This document shows positions 18,370 through 28,034 of a stretch of 64,000 nucleotides of DNA, piece after piece. The position numbers and the translations under genes were made by a program. Location of the stretch: IMG/VR virus record IMGVR_UViG_3300046171_000155. The stretch is one strand, 5' to 3'. The DNA comes from a virus. Each line of letters opens with the position of its first letter. Position 1 is the stretch's first letter. The notes below the pieces were generated by a model. The model did not search any database. It saw nothing but the letters and a program-made list of their open reading frames with translations, and was not told the origin of the DNA.

Positions 18370-19310
18370 GCTTTGATCTCTACATTTGCCATCGTTTCAG
18401 TGAGACAAGCGACCAGATTCAATTCATGATCCGCAACGAAGGCATTCTTGTACTGATAATCAGCAAGAATAAGAACAAGTTGTGGAATACTGTTGGGCGC
18501 GACATGATCATACATGCGATCATATATGCCGCGAAAAATAGAAGCGGGTTCAACATCAATATTGTTGACGACCCACGACCGCATTTTCTTGAAGTTTTTA
18601 TCTCGTATAGCTGTGAACAACTGGGTGTATGGGTCTGTTACGTCTTGTCCCATTGCTGGAGCAACGCTAAGTGTTCCCGAGATAGACCCCTTCTGCAACT
18701 CATTCAGTACACGCCGCCAGTCTGGTGCGTGTTTCATTATGACTTGCGCTAACACGTCTTTGTGATATTCGACACCTTCGTCTCGAAGGATGTCCATCGC
18801 ACGAGACATAAAGTCTGCCGATAAAGACTGTAGACCTTTCTTGGTCGTGTTGAACGCAATCTTAGTACAACGAGAATGCAGTGGTTCGATAATACGGTTC
18901 TCGAAATTACATGTCATAATAAAACGACAGTTGTTCGAGAACTCTTCAATAAATCCACGCAACGCAGGTTGTGTGGACTGTGGGTTGAGGTAATCCGCCT
19001 CATCCAGAATTACTACTTTATAACCACCGGACAACGAAACGGAAGAGGCGAACTGCTTGATCTTGCCGCGCAGTGTGTCAATGTTACCTTCTTCTGATCC
19101 ATTGATGACGATATAGTCGAGATCTAGTTCTTCACAGATCGCTCGTGCGACTGTGGTCTTACCAGTACCAGCGGTGCCTGCAAACATCATGTTGGGAATT
19201 TCTTCGCCATCTACGATGTTTTGAAAAGTAGTCTTTAGTTCTTTCTGTAGAATCGTCTCCGAGACTTTGCGTGGACGATACTTTTCAACCCATAAAAATT
19301 CATTGCTCAT
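18366..19310 (-). CDS. gp44: Clamp loader AAA+ subunit gp44
   Basis: LWVEKYRP, GTAGTGKTT, ILDEAD, PLHSRC. Confidence 0.95.
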   Translation of the reverse strand: MSNEFLWVEKYRPRKVSETILQKELKTTFQNIVDGEEIPNMMFAGTAGTGKTTVARAICEELDLDYIVINGSEEGNIDTLRGKIKQFASSVSLSGGYKVVILDEADYLNPQSTQPALRGFIEEFSNNCRFIMTCNFENRIIEPLHSRCTKIAFNTTKKGLQSLSADFMSRAMDILRDEGVEYHKDVLAQVIMKHAPDWRRVLNELQKGSISGTLSVAPAMGQDVTDPYTQLFTAIRDKNFKKMRSWVVNNIDVEPASIFRGIYDRMYDHVAPNSIPQLVLILADYQYKNAFVADHELNLVACLTETMANVEIKA

Positions 19311-19345
19311 TTAAACCTCATAATATAAGTAGTAATCAATCGGAT

Positions 19346-19374
19346 ATTATACAACATTATTACATGTTCGTAAA
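19346..19374 (-). promoter_or_regulatory. sigma70 promoter of gp44
   Basis: TTTACG-N17-TATAAT. Confidence 0.65.
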
Positions 19375-19452
19375 TACATCCGCAATAGTATTTATCTAAT
19401 AAAAACCTCTTCTGCAATCGTTTTTATAGATAAATGTTATGAATATTTGCTA

Positions 19453-20043
19453 TCAATATTCGTCTGCGTAGGCGTGATTGATTTTAGCATGGTGCATTTC
19501 ATCACGACGGACACAAACAATCATATCAGAGAGCATTGCACCCTCTTCAAGATCTACGTAATAGTCAATGGCAATTTGTGGGGCAGGGACATCTTCAATC
19601 TCTCCTGCATTTATTAGTGCCAAGTAACTGGTGTAACTATTTACAGCCTCTTCTTCAAAGTACCCAGTCATGCGGTGCGCAGTACGGGGAAACAACATAT
19701 ACATTATAAGATAGTAATGCCAGAAGATAAACTGAACAAGAATGATAAGAACCCTCTCTAGGGAAGAGGGGTGGACGATCTCCATGAAAAACATTAGATG
19801 CTTGCGTTCATTAGTCGCTTCGTCTAATAGTTCTTGGATCTTAGTACCATTGCCCTTCTGCAGTCTGCGTAGACTATACAAGTGCGTGAGCATACCGCCC
19901 ACCATTCCAGGGACACCAGCAACTGTCTCTAGAATAAGAGCGCGTTTGCCGTAGTTACGTCCAAAGAAAGTGTCTGCGAAGAATCTAAAAAACGAAGTCA
20001 TAGATCTTGCAAAGGTGTCTGATACTTTTGTAGTGATATTCAC
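19453..20043 (-). CDS. aox: Alternative oxidase (di-iron quinol oxidase)
   Basis: LETVAGVPGMV, EATNERKHL, GYFEEEAVNSY, VRRDEMHH; GTG start with GGAG SD; AOX-type rather than PTOX-type motif. Confidence 0.93.
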   Translation of the reverse strand: MNITTKVSDTFARSMTSFFRFFADTFFGRNYGKRALILETVAGVPGMVGGMLTHLYSLRRLQKGNGTKIQELLDEATNERKHLMFFMEIVHPSSLERVLIILVQFIFWHYYLIMYMLFPRTAHRMTGYFEEEAVNSYTSYLALINAGEIEDVPAPQIAIDYYVDLEEGAMLSDMIVCVRRDEMHHAKINHAYADEY

Positions 20044-20057
20044 GACTTCTCCGAAAG

Positions 20058-20123
<66 letters not shown>

Positions 20124-20133
<10 letters not shown>

Positions 20134-20381
20134 AAATTATCGATGTATTTTTGTCTCTCAGATTTACGCTTTTCTGTGAGACTACGTACTATGTATATGC
20201 GCGTGAACGCTACAAATGAAATTCCTACCGTTAAAATAGTAGACAAAACTAACGGGTCTGTTATTCCCCACTTAACAACTGCCAACCATGTGTAAAAAAT
20301 ATTTAACGGGTAGTTAATGACTGTCCCTAATGCGACATGAATAGATGTTTCTTTCGCGATTAGGGGATCGTAAAACTTCAT
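20124..20381 (-). CDS. Small two-TM membrane protein (start MKFYDPLIAKE)
   Basis: AAGGAG SD; two hydrophobic helices; stop codon lies inside tRNA-Thr. Confidence 0.6.
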
Positions 20382-20469
20382 ATAAAAAAATGACTCCTTG
20401 AATATAAAATAATAATATAAATCAATAAAACTGTATTCTTGAGCGCAAACACTCAAGGAGTCAAAAGGG

Positions 20470-20700
20470 TTACTCTGAGTCTGACTCAGAAGCAGATTCT
20501 GCGTGTGCCTTAGCAACTTGCTCGTAAAGCGCTACGACTTGGATTGCTTGATCGCGCAGTTGACCGATAGTGGTGAGTTCCTCACCTTTGAACCCGCCGC
20601 GTGTGACGACAGTATCAACTACTGCGACACAAGATCGCGCTACACGGTTTGCGAGATCGTTTAGTGATGCTTGTTCTTGTGACATAATTTCGTCTGACAT
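20470..20700 (-). CDS. Hypothetical protein downstream of gp45
   Basis: 76-aa helical ORF with TRGGFKGEEL; GGAG SD; follows the gp45 stop. Confidence 0.7.
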   Translation of the reverse strand: MSDEIMSQEQASLNDLANRVARSCVAVVDTVVTRGGFKGEELTTIGQLRDQAIQVVALYEQVAKAHAESASESDSE

Positions 20701-20701
20701 T

Positions 20702-21382
20702 TTATGCTCCGTATGTTGAAGATTTTTCTAGTGCAATAAAGTATTGCGTATCTGAAGTAAGTGATCGGAAATGAGAGATCAACTTTGTTGAGACCGAGAC
20801 ATCATAATCTTCACCAAGAAGTTTCATGTTAGCAACACCCATGATAAAGTTGAAGTCTGTATCCGCAGGGAAGTTACCCTCGACCAAAACTGAGAATGAG
20901 TTAGATGTAGAGTTATCAACATCAATCACTCGAATCTCAACGCTGCCGTTACCAGAAGGTCGAATAGAGATAGTGTCATAACCGAGAGCGGCAGATGCTT
21001 TCTTGATCTTTGCCAGCGTCTCGTTAGTCAATACAAACTTGACTTCACACTCAGGCATGATGATGTCTTTCTTAGGTGCGGCTAACATCTCAGGGTCAGA
21101 GTAAAAATACTTAACCGACGACAGACCACTGCCATCTGAGACAGTACAGTAACTCTCATCAAACTCAATTGATGGATTGTCTACGAGAGACAAGACCGAC
21201 AAAAACTCTGACAGATCATAGATACCGAATGTGCTGGGGAAGTTCTCATCAACTTCTGCACGAGATACGATATTCTTTGCGATTGACATAGTCTTCAGGA
21301 CGTTACCGCCATTGACTACAATGTTTGGGTTGATAGTCGAGAAGTTACGCAAGATCTCGACCGTGCGACTAGATAATTCCAT
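20702..21382 (-). CDS. gp45: Sliding clamp gp45
   Basis: LSSRTVEILRNFSTINPNI, FGIYDLSEFLS, YFIALE. Confidence 0.95.
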   Translation of the reverse strand: MELSSRTVEILRNFSTINPNIVVNGGNVLKTMSIAKNIVSRAEVDENFPSTFGIYDLSEFLSVLSLVDNPSIEFDESYCTVSDGSGLSSVKYFYSDPEMLAAPKKDIIMPECEVKFVLTNETLAKIKKASAALGYDTISIRPSGNGSVEIRVIDVDNSTSNSFSVLVEGNFPADTDFNFIMGVANMKLLGEDYDVSVSTKLISHFRSLTSDTQYFIALEKSSTYGA

Positions 21383-21411
21383 TGATTGATTCCTCAGTTA
21401 GTATGTTGCAC

Positions 21412-21440
21412 ATTATATAATATTTGATCACTTCTGTCAA
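21412..21440 (-). promoter_or_regulatory. sigma70 promoter of gp45
   Basis: Perfect TTGACA-N17-TATAAT. Confidence 0.85.
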
Positions 21441-23161
21441 GTGATTTCTCGCATACGGCTGAAATTTTTATCTTTAATAAACGCCAACTTACGTTCGAAG
21501 TGTGCGTCTTCAAGTTCAGTCTTATGTGAGATCACGAATACATTAGTGTCCTCTTTCAATGTGTCGATAATCTTCATAAGGTTATCAACACCCTCACCGT
21601 CCAACGAAGAGTCGAACGTCTCATCTAGTATCAACAGGTTGGTCGATACCGAATTCTTCATCTTGGCAATATGTCGCCAAGTAAATAATAACGATAGGTC
21701 GATACGTTGTTTCTCACCCTCAGAGAATGAGTCATACGAGAACGTGTCGCGATACCGTGATCGAATCGTTTCTTTGAAACTTTCATCTAGCTCAAAATGG
21801 ACAAAGAAGTCTAGCGTCTGCAGGTACTTATTGGTCAACTCATTGATCACGGGTATATATTGTTTGATTATCTTCGTTTTTATGCCAGAGTCTTTCAGTA
21901 ACTCAGACGCGACACGGTTGTATGAAGACAACTCATTAAAAGAATATTTTCTATCGTTTAGTCCATGCAGTTCTTCGTCCAAGGCGTTTAGTTCTTCATT
22001 CGCTTGCGCCATGTCACCAGTGTTCTCGGACATCTCTAGTAGGTCTGATTGAATTTTCTGAATGTTCTGAGTCAACCTAGAGACCATTTGCATGTTGTTG
22101 TTCATGAGGTTCTGCTTGTGCATAAGGTCAGACATTTCAGACTCTAGTTTTTCGAGCATTTCGTTATACTCTTGTAACTGCTCGTCCGCCTTCACCATAA
22201 GTTTCTGAAGTTCACGCGCACGTTCATTCGCAGCAGACTTTTTACTATTGCGCAGTTCATCACCGATGTCTTGATCGCACGTAGGGCACACCTCGTTATC
22301 ATCAAAGAACTTTGCTTCTTTGACGACAGACTTTACTTGAGTATCAAACTGTGTGCGATATTTTTCTAACTTCTGTTTGTTTGCACGGATCTTACCTAAC
22401 TCAGTCTGTACTGCAGGCAACGAGTTATTGACTTCTTCAGAGAGTTCTACGTTCACTTCATTGAAGGTTGCGATGTCAGAATTTAGAGACTCGATCTCCG
22501 CTTCCTTCTCTTTACGGTGCGCAGTGTTGATGGCACTCAGGTCACGGATATACTTCTTTTGAGAAGATATTCTTGTCTTGACCATCTCGATGGAATGGTT
22601 GTTGTTCTCTAGCTCGCCTTTGAGGAGAGAGATTTTCTCCTTGAGTATCACATTCATCTTAGAAAATATGTTAATATCAAGAAGGTCTTCTATCACGTCA
22701 CGCCGAGAGGTTGAGTTGAGTTGCATGAACGGGATAAAAGAGGACGAACCGAGAACAACAATTTGGTGAAAACTCTTGTGAGACATCTGTAGGACGTTCT
22801 TCTCAAGAATCTCTTGGTACTCACGTGCGTGTGAACTCTGGTTGATCATACTGCCATCTTTCCAGATCTCAAACTTCGCGGGTTTCAGACCACGCACGAT
22901 TTTATAACGGACACCATTGACAGTAAAGTACACCTCGCAGAGGCAGTCTTTGTTATTGATGGTGTTGACTAGTTGTGGTTTATTAATGTTGCGGTGTGCT
23001 TTACCGAACAAAGAGAAAGACAGTGCGTCCAACATCGTAGACTTACCTGCACCGTTCTCACCCACGACTAGGTTAGTGGGCGTTTCTAAGAAATCTATTT
23101 CGTTAAAGTAATTGCCCGTCGAAAGAAAGTTCTTCCAACGGAGTTTTTCAAATCTAATCAT
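21437..23161 (-). CDS. gp46: Recombination endonuclease ATPase subunit gp46 (Rad50-like)
   Basis: GENGAGKST, CPTC zinc hook, FSEGEKQRIDL, LILDETFDSSLD. Confidence 0.96.
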   Translation of the reverse strand: MIRFEKLRWKNFLSTGNYFNEIDFLETPTNLVVGENGAGKSTMLDALSFSLFGKAHRNINKPQLVNTINNKDCLCEVYFTVNGVRYKIVRGLKPAKFEIWKDGSMINQSSHAREYQEILEKNVLQMSHKSFHQIVVLGSSSFIPFMQLNSTSRRDVIEDLLDINIFSKMNVILKEKISLLKGELENNNHSIEMVKTRISSQKKYIRDLSAINTAHRKEKEAEIESLNSDIATFNEVNVELSEEVNNSLPAVQTELGKIRANKQKLEKYRTQFDTQVKSVVKEAKFFDDNEVCPTCDQDIGDELRNSKKSAANERARELQKLMVKADEQLQEYNEMLEKLESEMSDLMHKQNLMNNNMQMVSRLTQNIQKIQSDLLEMSENTGDMAQANEELNALDEELHGLNDRKYSFNELSSYNRVASELLKDSGIKTKIIKQYIPVINELTNKYLQTLDFFVHFELDESFKETIRSRYRDTFSYDSFSEGEKQRIDLSLLFTWRHIAKMKNSVSTNLLILDETFDSSLDGEGVDNLMKIIDTLKEDTNVFVISHKTELEDAHFERKLAFIKDKNFSRMREIT

Positions 23162-24216
23162 GCAATCTCTACACTCTGTGCTTCGACCATAAGTTCAGAC
23201 ACTAGACCTTTGATACGATCTTTGTCTAAATCGGTCTCCACTTCTTGGATATAGTTGTAAATCAAAGTCTGCGTATCTTCAACACTTACCTGAGCATCGT
23301 CAACATTCTCACCACGAAACTCTTTGAAGTCTTCTGCGATCTTCAGTTCGTAGATCTTCTGTCGTTGAATACGCTCAACGTACCGCTCAAACTTTTTAAT
23401 GTCAGAACGGTTTACCACAATCAATTTGATGAACTTGTTATCAAGATAAGTCAGATCTTCGAAATGGTTTATCTCATTTTCATCGTAATAAATCTTGTGG
23501 AATATTGTAACGCAATTTTGAACTGGCGTCAACTCGCGAGTCTCTGTGTCGTAGATATGAAAGTACTTAGGGTCGTGCGCGTCGTTCCAGAAGAACTCCA
23601 TCTGTGCACCGAGATAGTGGATGTTACCTTGAGTAGATTTCGTGTGGAAGTGGCCAGACAAGACTGTCTCAAATCTCTGAAGAGGCGCGGTATCCATACC
23701 ATCTTTACAAACGATACCTTTATCCATCTCAAACCCAGCAAGTTCAAAGTGTCCAGCAAGAACATCTGCTCCGCAGTTATCTAAGAATGTCATTACTTCT
23801 GACTCATTCTCAGGGCAGATCCAAGGTACCAGACCAAACTTGACAGAACCATACTCACGCACAATAGGGTCCATGAGAATATCTACTTCGTTGATATAGT
23901 GACCCATCAACTCTTTGAGGGAGTTCAACTCGATAGTATTCTTGAAGTAAACGTCGTGATTGCCTGGAATGATATCCATGTGAATATTGTATTCACGGAG
24001 TTTATCCAAGAATATCTGACGATTATGGTTCAACGCTTTGAGGTTGATCGTCTTACGGTTATCGTAGTAGTCACCAAGGTGCAATATCTGTGTGATGTTG
24101 TTTTCTAACAAGTAGGGAAAGAACACCTCACCATAGAAGCGTTCTTGATACTGCATAAAAATGTCAGACGAATTACGACACCCGCAGTGGGTGTCATTTA
24201 GAATTGCGATTTTCAT
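23158..24216 (-). CDS. gp47: Recombination endonuclease subunit gp47 (Mre11-like)
   Basis: DTHCG, HLGDYYDNR, GNHD, SGHFH. Confidence 0.95.
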   Translation of the reverse strand: MKIAILNDTHCGCRNSSDIFMQYQERFYGEVFFPYLLENNITQILHLGDYYDNRKTINLKALNHNRQIFLDKLREYNIHMDIIPGNHDVYFKNTIELNSLKELMGHYINEVDILMDPIVREYGSVKFGLVPWICPENESEVMTFLDNCGADVLAGHFELAGFEMDKGIVCKDGMDTAPLQRFETVLSGHFHTKSTQGNIHYLGAQMEFFWNDAHDPKYFHIYDTETRELTPVQNCVTIFHKIYYDENEINHFEDLTYLDNKFIKLIVVNRSDIKKFERYVERIQRQKIYELKIAEDFKEFRGENVDDAQVSVEDTQTLIYNYIQEVETDLDKDRIKGLVSELMVEAQSVEIA

Positions 24217-24245
24217 ACGTGCTCAACTCAATTTATACAACGATA

Positions 24246-24274
24246 ATTATACTACTATTATATTGGTTGGTCAA
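24246..24274 (-). promoter_or_regulatory. sigma70 promoter of gp47
   Basis: TTGACC-N17-TATAAT. Confidence 0.8.
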
Positions 24275-24275
24275 G

Positions 24276-24863
24276 CTATTCTAAGTAATCTGATAGGTCA
24301 GAGTCAACGTGTACCGCTCTACGTTTTCTGGTTTTCTCTTCTTTCGCATACTCTTTGAATTCGTCATCTGCAGACTTTACTGCGTCGATGCGCATACGGA
24401 GAGTATCAACGAATGGTGATGTTTGATTATGAAAAGAACCTGCTTCGTCGTCATCTAAGAATTCGCTCACATCCGCTTCAGAAATAAACTTCATCTTGAT
24501 GTCTTGTTGTTTCTTTTCTTTCTGAATTCGCCGCAAGAATGCATACCACGAAATCTGTGTGAAGTATGCAAACGCGTTTGGTTTACCCGATCGAGTGGCG
24601 GCTTCTATATTATAATTCTCAATCGCTTTGAGGCAGTTCTCTACTGCGTCCATGACCATCTCTTCACGATAGGTATAACGAACAAAGTTTGCCTTGTGGG
24701 AGAGTCCCTCTGCGATCTTTAGAAAACAGGAAGCGATGTAATCAGGCACAACAGGAACTTTTACACCTTCCGACTTAGATTTTTGAGCTTGTGTACAGTA
24801 TTCTACTACTGCTTCGGAGAACTCTCTGTTATTGACGTAGTGTGGTTTTTCTTTAGGTTTCAT
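24276..24863 (-). CDS. gp55: Late sigma factor gp55
   Basis: HYVNNREF, IAEGLSHKANF, YTYREEMVMDAVENCL, NAFAYFTQI, AFLRRIQKEKKQ. Confidence 0.95.
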   Translation of the reverse strand: MKPKEKPHYVNNREFSEAVVEYCTQAQKSKSEGVKVPVVPDYIASCFLKIAEGLSHKANFVRYTYREEMVMDAVENCLKAIENYNIEAATRSGKPNAFAYFTQISWYAFLRRIQKEKKQQDIKMKFISEADVSEFLDDDEAGSFHNQTSPFVDTLRMRIDAVKSADDEFKEYAKEEKTRKRRAVHVDSDLSDYLE

Positions 24864-24891
24864 AATATACAACTCGATTAATTAAGGTCAC

Positions 24892-24920
24892 ATTATACTA
24901 TAATTTACATATTTCGTCAA
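24892..24920 (-). promoter_or_regulatory. sigma70 promoter of gp55
   Basis: TTGACG-N17-TATAAT. Confidence 0.8.
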
Positions 24921-24925
24921 CGGGG

Positions 24926-24954
24926 TTGACGGATCGTGTTTTATGGTATATAAT
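24926..24954 (+). promoter_or_regulatory. Antisense sigma70 promoter back-to-back with the gp55 promoter
   Basis: TTGACG (24926-31)-N17-TATAAT (24949-54) on the plus strand. Confidence 0.65.
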
Positions 24955-24984
24955 CACTTTTGTCTAAAGGGGAGAATAGTATAC

Positions 24985-25395
24985 CTAGTGAACGGACATA
25001 CCAGATGTATCAGAATCAAACTCATCTTGTTCCATTTCATTAAGGTACTCTTCTAACGAAAGTTCTTCTTGCATACTTTCCTCTAACTCAGATTTACTAG
25101 TAAACATTTCCATTTCTCTGACGGCATTACCATACTGATTGATCATATCATGAGTAGGTAAAGCAAGAGAAACAATTTTATCAGTAAAAACCATGATCAC
25201 ATTTTGTGGAGTATCTTGATACACCATATATGTTTTGAATGCATAAAACTTAGTGCCATCGTCTAATGTCTTTTCCATCAAACTCAATGCATTATTTACA
25301 ACTAAATGATCTGCAGACTCTTCTAAAAGATTACAGATCAATTCTTCACCTGTTATTAGTTTTAGGTGTTTAATCGAAGAACTCAGATTCGTCAT
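24985..25395 (-). CDS. Hypothetical protein downstream of uvsW (possible Sm-like fold)
   Basis: IKHLKLITGEELIC N-terminus; acidic tail. Confidence 0.65.
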   Translation of the reverse strand: MTNLSSSIKHLKLITGEELICNLLEESADHLVVNNALSLMEKTLDDGTKFYAFKTYMVYQDTPQNVIMVFTDKIVSLALPTHDMINQYGNAVREMEMFTSKSELEESMQEELSLEEYLNEMEQDEFDSDTSGMSVH

Positions 25396-26890
25396 TCTCT
25401 ACCCTTACCGGCTTTAGATTTATGGGATAGACTTTATATCTAAACCCTTCTTTAGTATATATCTTTATTCTTTCACCACTATGTTTCAGTGTAAAGTTCT
25501 TGTGAGACTTAACGTGAAGATCATCAGCAATATCAAAGAGTCGAGTAGTCCGACCATCATCAGACTGACGAAGACCACGACCAATCGATTGGAGTACTTT
25601 GACTTGAGATTTGGATGGAGTCGCAAATACAATATTATGCAAATTGCGGATGTTGATACCAGTGCTAAAAGTGCCAAGAGAGGCAACAATAATTGCGTCA
25701 TTTTCTTTTTCTACTATACCTCGTATTTGTTCTCGATCGTGGGCATCTACTTCACCAGATACATAGAAAACTTTTCTGTTTTCTTCTGCCATACCCTTAA
25801 TCATCTCATGCAACACCTTACCATGCTTCTCTACAAACTGAAACATAACTAGAGTATTACCCTTTTGATCTAAAGCGAGTTTACTGATAAATTTATTACG
25901 AGGTTCATAGGTGACAATAAAGTCAAGTTCGTCTTGATACTTTCTGTCTTTCATCATGTTGCAAATATCACTATGGTATCTAAGTAGTAATACAGAGATA
26001 TCCAAATCAGCTAGTTGCTTAGACTCTTGAAGTTCTACTGTTCGTGTGACAGTAAATGTTGGACCAAACAAACCCTCCAAGACCAGTTTGTTAGTTTCTG
26101 TGCCGTCAAGCGTACCAGTCAGACCAAATCGATATTTGGCATTGATACACTTGTCCATCATAGTAGTGAGTGACTTTGCTTTGAACAGATGCACTTCGTC
26201 ACCAAACACAGTGTCGAACTGTTCAAACCACTCTTTGCCGAATTTGTAAATAGACTGCCAAGTCGAGATAATGACACGCTTGTCTGTGACCTTTTCTTTG
26301 CCCGAGTAGATGCGATGACAAAACTCATTCACATCATATCCGTAGTCTTCAAAGTCTTTGTACATCTGTTCGACCAGAGAAGTGGTCGGTACAATAACAA
26401 GTATCTTCCCGCTGGTTACTTCGTAGCAGTACCTGAGTAGATTATAGATAATAAATGACTTGCCGCTACCAGTGGGACTAAGGAGTATACATCTGAGGTT
26501 CTCCACCCCATGAGCAATTGCTTTGTACTGATAGTCTCGTGGCTTATAAGGAGCATCAAGCAGAGATAGAAACTCGACCAAAGCAGGATGGTCAATGTCG
26601 TCTTTAAACGAAGGAATGCCATAATTCTCATGTTCGAGTATTTCTAAAGGGTAAAATCTGTCTGCGCAGAAACGACGTAGATGTGTATAGAGACCTACAT
26701 TCATCTGCTTACTTACGGTATTGTAAAGTTTTACCCTACCGTCCCATACCTTTCTTTTGTATGCCGGCATGAACTTATACCCAGGAACAAAGAATGAGAA
26801 ATATTCTCTCAGTTCATTCTCTTGGGCAGGATGCGCTTCCACCATAAAGTGGGAGTGATCCTTCATGCGTATGCGTATCTTATTATCCAC
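25370..26890 (-). CDS. uvsW: SF2 DNA helicase UvsW
   Basis: PRDYQ, SPTGSGKS, DEVH, GLTGT, LQSIGRGLR; probable GTG start at 26890. Confidence 0.95.
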   Translation of the reverse strand: MDNKIRIRMKDHSHFMVEAHPAQENELREYFSFFVPGYKFMPAYKRKVWDGRVKLYNTVSKQMNVGLYTHLRRFCADRFYPLEILEHENYGIPSFKDDIDHPALVEFLSLLDAPYKPRDYQYKAIAHGVENLRCILLSPTGSGKSFIIYNLLRYCYEVTSGKILVIVPTTSLVEQMYKDFEDYGYDVNEFCHRIYSGKEKVTDKRVIISTWQSIYKFGKEWFEQFDTVFGDEVHLFKAKSLTTMMDKCINAKYRFGLTGTLDGTETNKLVLEGLFGPTFTVTRTVELQESKQLADLDISVLLLRYHSDICNMMKDRKYQDELDFIVTYEPRNKFISKLALDQKGNTLVMFQFVEKHGKVLHEMIKGMAEENRKVFYVSGEVDAHDREQIRGIVEKENDAIIVASLGTFSTGINIRNLHNIVFATPSKSQVKVLQSIGRGLRQSDDGRTTRLFDIADDLHVKSHKNFTLKHSGERIKIYTKEGFRYKVYPINLKPVRVENDESEFFD

Positions 26891-27332
26891 CGGACTCAAA
26901 CTTTCTGTAATCAATCATGTTCTTTATGGTCGAATGTCTCCAACGAAGAACGTTTAGTATATCTTCTAGAGTATCTATCTGAGTTTTAAGTGCGACTATT
27001 CGGTCTTCAGATTTTTGAATCTCTGGGTCGGATTCGTAGTAGTAGTCCATCTCACCCTTGAGGATCTTGAGACCGTTGAACGGGTCGGGTTCCCAACCTT
27101 TCTCCATGATCTCTTGTTGATCCATCTTACCGTTGTAGTATAACCACTTTTCTTTCAGTAAGATCTTCTGCGCGTTCTCTGCTCGTCGTAGTGACTGTTT
27201 CGTCACGTCTAAATACTCGCGATACTTAGAATGCAAAAGAGGAGTATGTCGTGATGTCTCATCAAGTTGATGCACAGGGATGTTAGAGTCTTCGCGCCAT
27301 TCTTTATGAATGCCTTCTAAATTCAATGTCAT
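26883..27332 (-). CDS. uvsY: Recombination mediator UvsY
   Basis: TPLLHSKY, KWLYYNGK, IKNMIDYRKFESG; adjacent to uvsW. Confidence 0.88.
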   Translation of the reverse strand: MTLNLEGIHKEWREDSNIPVHQLDETSRHTPLLHSKYREYLDVTKQSLRRAENAQKILLKEKWLYYNGKMDQQEIMEKGWEPDPFNGLKILKGEMDYYYESDPEIQKSEDRIVALKTQIDTLEDILNVLRWRHSTIKNMIDYRKFESGG

Positions 27333-27373
27333 TATGTAATCCTAGGGGTCCTATTAGCAACTAATGTATTATA

Positions 27374-28033
27374 CTACTCCGAAGTGATGTAGTCAACACA
27401 ATCTTGCCAATAATCTTCGTTATGCCCTAGGACGTAACTTAACGTCATACGATAACAATTAGTTCGCGCTGCGTGATACACGACATCGCCAGAACCATAT
27501 GCGCCGAAGTGACCTGCCTTTAGTTGCCACCCCTTTTTATCTGGGACTGTAATTACTTCTCTAGTAGTTGAGAGAGTATTTGGATCAACATACTTGAACC
27601 ACCCATCGCCGTTTTCTGACCAAGTAAAAATTAAATTGAAAGCAGACGCATTCGCGTTATTGTGCCATCCAATAAATCCGTTAGGTGGGTATAGAGTAGA
27701 CAGCGCACTTGTTTCTAAACCAAGTTCTGTTTTCATTTCACTATCAAGATAGGACCATGTCTTTGCATATTCTTCGGGGTGTGTTCCTCGATAGAACTCT
27801 TTCTTGATTGGATGACATACTGAATTCTCGGCGGACCCATGATGATCTTCTCCCATACGAATTATGCGAAGCATCTCACCTTCACCCGTATAGTGGTCTG
27901 CCATTCCTACCTGAGATTCAACGAGTATTTGATTCGTTTTCTCTGGTTGATAGAGTTCGCGGTATGTGTACCTGAAATCTTCAAGTAAATCAAGAACCTT
28001 TCGATTCTTAATCTCATAACTAGTGAGGCTCAT
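27374..28033 (-). CDS. 2OG-Fe(II) oxygenase-like (DSBH) protein, paralogue 2
   Basis: LYPPNGFIGWHNNANA...YHAA...RMTLSY. Confidence 0.6.
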   Translation of the reverse strand: MSLTSYEIKNRKVLDLLEDFRYTYRELYQPEKTNQILVESQVGMADHYTGEGEMLRIIRMGEDHHGSAENSVCHPIKKEFYRGTHPEEYAKTWSYLDSEMKTELGLETSALSTLYPPNGFIGWHNNANASAFNLIFTWSENGDGWFKYVDPNTLSTTREVITVPDKKGWQLKAGHFGAYGSGDVVYHAARTNCYRMTLSYVLGHNEDYWQDCVDYITSE

Positions 28034-28034
28034 G

